The notes under the pieces are model-generated. The model searched no databases and was not told the DNA's origin. It was given only the letters and a program-made list of their open reading frames with translations. 64,000 bases of DNA from a virus. The first letter of the stretch is position 1; each line of letters starts with the position of its first letter. Location of the stretch: positions 20,791-84,790 of the IMG/VR virus record IMGVR_UViG_3300046522_000512; one strand, 5' to 3'. Shown one piece after another: positions 22,401-28,400 of the stretch. The position numbers and the translations under genes are program-made.

Positions 22401-25400
22401 GGAGCACGGACGGCTCATTGACCATCCGGGCGACGGCGGCGTGCTGGTGGGGGTGCGGGTCGAACCACTCGACCAGGCCGGGGATGGTGCGGCGCTGCCC
22501 GTCGTAGGAGCGCGGCGCCATCGAGTTGAAGTTGTCGTTGTAGAAGCGCTTGTGCTTCTCGGCGCGGTCGGGGTCGGCCCACAGCCAGTCCGTGAACGCC
22601 TCTCGCAGGAGGGTGGCCTTGGCCTGTGCGTCCTCGGTGGCGTCCTTGTCGTAGACGCTCTTGGCGTTCTCGCCGTGGCCTTCCTTCTTGGTGACGACGA
22701 TCTTGCGGTTGGTGAGGATCGCCTCGGCGATCTCCAGAGCGGTGTAGCCCTTCGCGCTCCACGTGTGTGCGGTGCGCTCCGCGATGCTCTTCTTCGCCCC
22801 GTCGGGGGCGTCGACCGCCCACAGGGCGCCGCCCTGCCAAGACACCGTGATCCGCTGGTCGCCGAGGGTCTCGCGGAGGAACTGTTCGACCGGCTCACGG
22901 CCGATCCAGGAAGCGCCCATCGGGGCGGCGATCTCGCCGGTGGACAGATCCGGCGGGACGACCCGCTCAAGGTGCTCGACGTTCAGGTCGTAACGGCTGT
23001 CGTCTGCCGCGGCGCGGCGGGCCTCATCGAGCTTCGTGCGGACGTTCCCCGACAGGTAGTCCGCGGCCGTGACGAGCTCGCCGTCCGGGGCCTGGAACGC
23101 CATCGGGTACTCGACGCCGGTGTCCGAGTCGACGGAACGAGCCGTCAGCAGTCGCGCGATGGCAGTGTCTGCGTCGGTGCGCATGACGCGGGCGAGGCCG
23201 TCGGCGGTCAGCCGGCCGTCGGTCTCCAGCACGATCGCAAGAGCGTCCTGCGGGTCGTCCGCGTACTTCGCGATCTCCCGGTACGTGCCAAGCCGCTTGC
23301 TGAAGATCGGCGCCTTGGTGGTCTTGCGGGTGGTGTCGTCGAACTCGTCGAGCGGCGTGATGTTCGACATCGTCGGGTCGTTGGTGAACAGGCCACCGCG
23401 CGCCGCCTTCTTGCGGTACGTCTTCTCGACCTTCTCCCCGGTGTCGGGGTCGATGGCGGTGCGCTTGGACCACGTGAACCGGTTGATGGCGCCGAACTTG
23501 GAGTGGTAGGCGTCGTACTGCTTGTTGAGCGCCTCCCGGAGTCGCTCGATCAGGGACTCGTCGGCGTCCTTGCGGTTCTCCTCCGCAAGGAGGGACTGGA
23601 ACGTGTCGCGGATCGCGAGGAGCTGCCGGGCCTCGTTCGCCTGCGTCTTGAAGACGGGGAAGGGGTGCACCATGCCGTCGCGGACCTGCGTGAAGGACCC
23701 GTCCGGTTCGGCCTGCACGTGCCCGTCGACCCGGGAGGAGCCGGGCGGCAGAAGCGTGACCTTGCTGCGGCCCTCCGTGTCGGGCTTGTAGGCGAGGCCT
23801 GCCGCCTTCGCCTCCTCGACGGTCCGCTTCAAGGCCCGTTCCAGGTTGGCGATGGTCTTGCCGTCGCCGTCCACGCGCAGCTCGTTGTCCCGGTGCATGC
23901 CGTGGCCGACCGCGAGCTTGCCGAGGATCTGCTGAGGGTTGTCGTGGAAGTAGCTGTTGTAGAAGACAGGCGGCTCGACCTGATCCGGCGGCGTGCCCGG
24001 CTTGGGCGGCGTCTGCCCGGGAAGGGCGTACGTGGGCAGGGAGTGCACCCACATCGGCGGGTCGTTCTGCGTCCGCTCCGACGGCCGCTTGATCTCACCC
24101 TTGCGGTTGCGGCCCGATGTGAACGACTTGCTCTTGTCGCGGCGCCGGAAGATCAGAAGGTCCGTCATCACCGACGTGCCCGCGGTGCGCTGGTGCGCGC
24201 CGGACGGCAGACGGATCGCGCCGACCAGCTCGCCCTTCTCCGCCATCTCCATACGGGCGGCCTCGCTGCGCCCGCCATGGCCGTCCATCGTCAGCGACGA
24301 CGTCACGACCGCGACCAGGCCGCCACCACGGGTCAAGTCCAGGGACTTGAGGATGAAATGGTTGTGGATCGAGTGGCCACCCTTGTTGTGCACCAGGTCG
24401 GGCACCTTGTACCGGCCGAATGGCACATTGCCGACCGCCGCATCGAAGGTGCCGTTGGGGGCGCGGGTGTCACCGAACGACTCGTGCCGGACCTCGGCGT
24501 GCGGGTAGAGGGCCTTCGCGATGCCCGCGGTGATCGAGTCGACCTCGACACCGGTCATGTGCGTGCCGTCGGGCGCGTAGCCGATGAAGTTGCCGACGCC
24601 GGATCCGGGCTCCAGCACACTGCCGGCGTCGAACCCGAGGTCGGTCAGGGCCGCCCACATCTGCTGCACGATCTGCGGGTCGGTGTAGTGCGCGTTCAGC
24701 GTGTTCGCGCTCGCGTCGGCCCACTCGGCATCGGACAGCAGCTCACGCAGCCGCTTCGCGAGCGGCTGGAACTGCGCATCCGGCTGCGGCTTGAAGATCT
24801 GGGGGACCGCACCCCACCCGGAGTACCGGGCGAGTTCCTGCTGCTCGGCCCCGGTCGCGGGACGGTTCTCGTCCTGGAGGCGGCGCAGGATCTCGATGGC
24901 GGCGATGTTCGCCTTGGCCCGGTTGACCGGGCTCGACGGAACGAGAGTCTTCCCGTCGGCAGGGGGCTCGTAGGCCGGAGCAGTGGCCTGCTGCTCCGGC
25001 GTACCGAACGCTACGGGAGCTGAGGCAGCTCCACCCGCGGCATGTCCTTCGTCTCCGTTCCCGGATCCTTCGGCATCCCGTACACCATGTCGTGCAGCAC
25101 CCGTTCCCGGGCCCGCATCCGGACCGACTTCAGCTCGCGAGCCCGCGCCACCGCGTCCGTGCCCTCCTGCAGCGGAGGAGCCCACTCCTCCGTCAGTTCC
25201 TCGATCTGCTGCACGATCTCGTCCGACCGCTCCCGGGCGAACTCCTCGAACGCCTTGTCCGTCGGGAACCGATCCACTTCCAGCGGCCGGTACGTCTTCC
25301 AGAACGTCCGAACGAGATCCACGTACGACACTGTCATTGCTCCTCTTGTGCTGTTCGGACAGGGCCTGTCGAGCGACGCTCACGTTCTCACGCGCCAGGC

Positions 25401-28400
25401 GCAGGAACTCGGCCGCATGGGCATGGTTGGCGCCGCCGCGGCCGCGCAGGGCGCGCTGCATTCCGTCGAGGGCGCCTTGGAACTGCTGGATGGCTTCCGA
25501 CGGCGTGATGTCACCGCGCTTCAGCGCGTCCACGGCGTCACCGGCAGGCGCCGCCAGGTCGTGCGCGGCGGGCGCTCCACGCAGCTCGGTCAGACTGTTG
25601 ATGACCGGGCCGAGCTGCTGCTCCGCCACATCGAGCGCTTCCACGATGTGGTTGCCCGCGGCGGTGGTAGCCGCCATGTCGGCCAGGCTCGGGCCCTGGT
25701 CGGCGTTGGGGGCCGGCTGCGGGGCCGCCTCGGGGGCCGGGGCGGGGGCGTGGTCGGTGTCGTGCTCGCGCACCAGGTCCGCGAGGGCCGCCTCCTCGGT
25801 GAGGAACGGCTTCTTGGAGCTGTAGCGGGTGCCGTGACCGAGCCGGTTCCACGTCCAGCGACCCGCAGAGCCCTGGAGCGTGGCGTCGTCCTGGTTGCCG
25901 CCATCGACGGCGGCGGGGCGGTGGCCCGACTCATTGTGCGCGCCGAGCTGGACGCGGGAGAGCTGCTGTGCGTACGCCTGTCCGTCGCGGCGCTGGGCCT
26001 CGGCGAGGATCGCCGTCTTCTCAGCCTGGGCGCGGGCCCTCTTCGCCTGGTCGCCGGAGGACAGGGTGTCAGACCAATCCTGGTCGGCCTTCGCAAAGGC
26101 GGCGTCGAGGTCCTCGCGCGACACCTGCGACCAATCCCGCTGCTCGGGCTTCGCCTGCGGGGCGTCGGGGTTCGGGGTGTTGGTGCGGTCGCCCGCGTAC
26201 GGGGTGCCGTCGGGGCGGGTGATGTCCTTCAGCGCGTGGGAACGCGTGCCCCGCTCGGCGCGCACGAGCACAGAGCCGGAGTCGCGGTTTACGGCCATGA
26301 CCGAGCCGACACCGTCAGGCGAGTTGACCTCGTCGCCGTTGTTGGGGAAGTCGCCTTCCGGCGTGGCCTGCGGGGCGCTCGGCGCGGCCGCGGCCGGGGT
26401 AGCCGCAGGGGCCGGGGCGGGCTTGTTCTGCTGCTCCTGCCGCTTGCGGTACTCGTTCGCGGCGTGGGACTCCGGGGCGCCGTGGGCGATGTCCCACTGG
26501 CCCCGCTGGTCGTCCATCTGGTTGCCGAAGGCCCGGCTCCACACCCCGACCCGGTGCCGCTCGCGGGGGCCCAGCTTCGGATCCCACCAGTCGACTTCCT
26601 GGTCCGGGTTGGACGACTCGCGCACCCCGCGGCCGACCTGCATGGCGAACTGGCTGGCATCCTCCCAGGACTTGAAGCCCTGCCCTGCGCCGCCGGACCA
26701 GCCGAGGGCTCTGCCGTCGTAGGCGCGGTGCACATCGAACCGGTGGGGGCCGCGCTGGACGATCGCGAAGCCGAAGTGGTTGGCCATGGTGACGTTCCAC
26801 TTGGGGTTGCCCGCCATGGCGCGCACCCCATCGCTGTACACGCGATCCAGGCCCGGGGCGCCGCCGTTCTTCCAGTACTCGCGCAGCTCACCGGTGTTGC
26901 CGGGCTTACGGAAGCCGACCTTGTCGTCGCCGTTGTTGCCGCTCGGTCCGACGTGGCCGACGGCGATGTTCTGCCGGGGGATGCCAGAGGTGTCGGCGAT
27001 GGACTGCGCGGCCTGCACGAGCGGGTTCGGCCGCTCGGTCGGGGCCGCGGGAGCCGCGGGAACGGCCGGGGCCGGGGCCGGCGGGAGGACGGCGGGGGTC
27101 GCGGGAGCGGGCGTGTTCCTCGCGGCCGCGCCCTCACGCTTCTTCGCGGCCTTGTCCGCGAATACCTTCTTCGCCTCCACGCTGGCCTGGCGCACCATCT
27201 CCTGGCCCTCGGGAGACTCCAGGCGCTGGTGATAGCCGGGGCTGTCCCAGTCGAACGGCTTGTCGCCGAGCTGGGCGGCCTCCAGGCGGTTCGCGAAGTC
27301 GACGGCTTCGCCCTTGCGCTCCGACATGGCCAGGCGGACGCCGCTGCCGGAGACGATGACCGCGTATCCGGTCTTGCGCTGGCCGTTCTTCTCCACGGTC
27401 ATCTTGGCGATGACGAACCGGCCGCCGCGGGAGAGCTGCGGCCTGTCGAGCTTGGCGAACAGTGCGGCGGTTTCCCGCTGGTGCCGCTCCTGCTGGGCCT
27501 TGTCCTGCGTGTACGGCTCCAGATTGCCCTTCCGCCAGTAGGCCTGAAGCTCGTCGAGGTTCTTGAAGAGTTTGCCGCCCAGGGCGCTGGCCGGTCTGGC
27601 TGCCTGCGGCCGCATGGGCATGCTCGTGTTGCCTTCACCCGGGGGCAGGCCTCCGCGAGAGCCGGGGCCCTTCTGGGGGCCGTCGGAGCGCCAGGCCCGG
27701 GGAACGAGCGGCTGACTCTTCGGGCGGTTCTTCCTCGGCGCGGGGATCGGCTCGTTGCCGTGACTGGTGAAGCGCTCGTGAGCGAGGCGCAGCGCGTCAC
27801 GCAGGTTGGCGGCGTACCGGGCAACCTCGTCCTGGCCGTCGTTGTGGGCGATCTCCGACAGCTGGTTGGCCTCGTCCGCGAGCCAAGACAGGCGTTCCAC
27901 GTCGTCCGGGTTGAGCTGGTCGTTCTTGTCGTCCCGGACGTCGAATCCGGTACCGGCGTCGGCCAGGCTGTCGTACAGCTCGTCGGCTTTGGCGTTGTGC
28001 CAGTTCGCCGGCCAGACGCCTTCCAGGTCCCCGAAGTACTCCTCACTCAAGTCGCGCACGGCGCGCCGGGCGTGGCTGGTGTCCCAGAACTGGTGGAAGT
28101 GGTCGTCTACCGGGGGGCCGGCGGCGCGCAGCGCATCACCGTTGCCCATGACGTGCCGCTCGTGGGGGGTGTCGTCCGCGTTCCTGTCGATGGGCAGCAG
28201 GTCGGGGAAGCTCGGCATGGCGACGTTGCCGCGCCGCCGGGGCGGCAGAGGGTCGCCGTCGTTGTCGTGGATGTTCGTCATGACGCGGCCCTGCGGGACG
28301 AGCGGCTGATCGTCGTCGTGGTTCGGGTCATCGGGGCCGGCGCCGAGATCCTGGCCCTCGATGTCCTGGCCGATCGGCTTGCCCTGGTCGTCGCGCTCGT

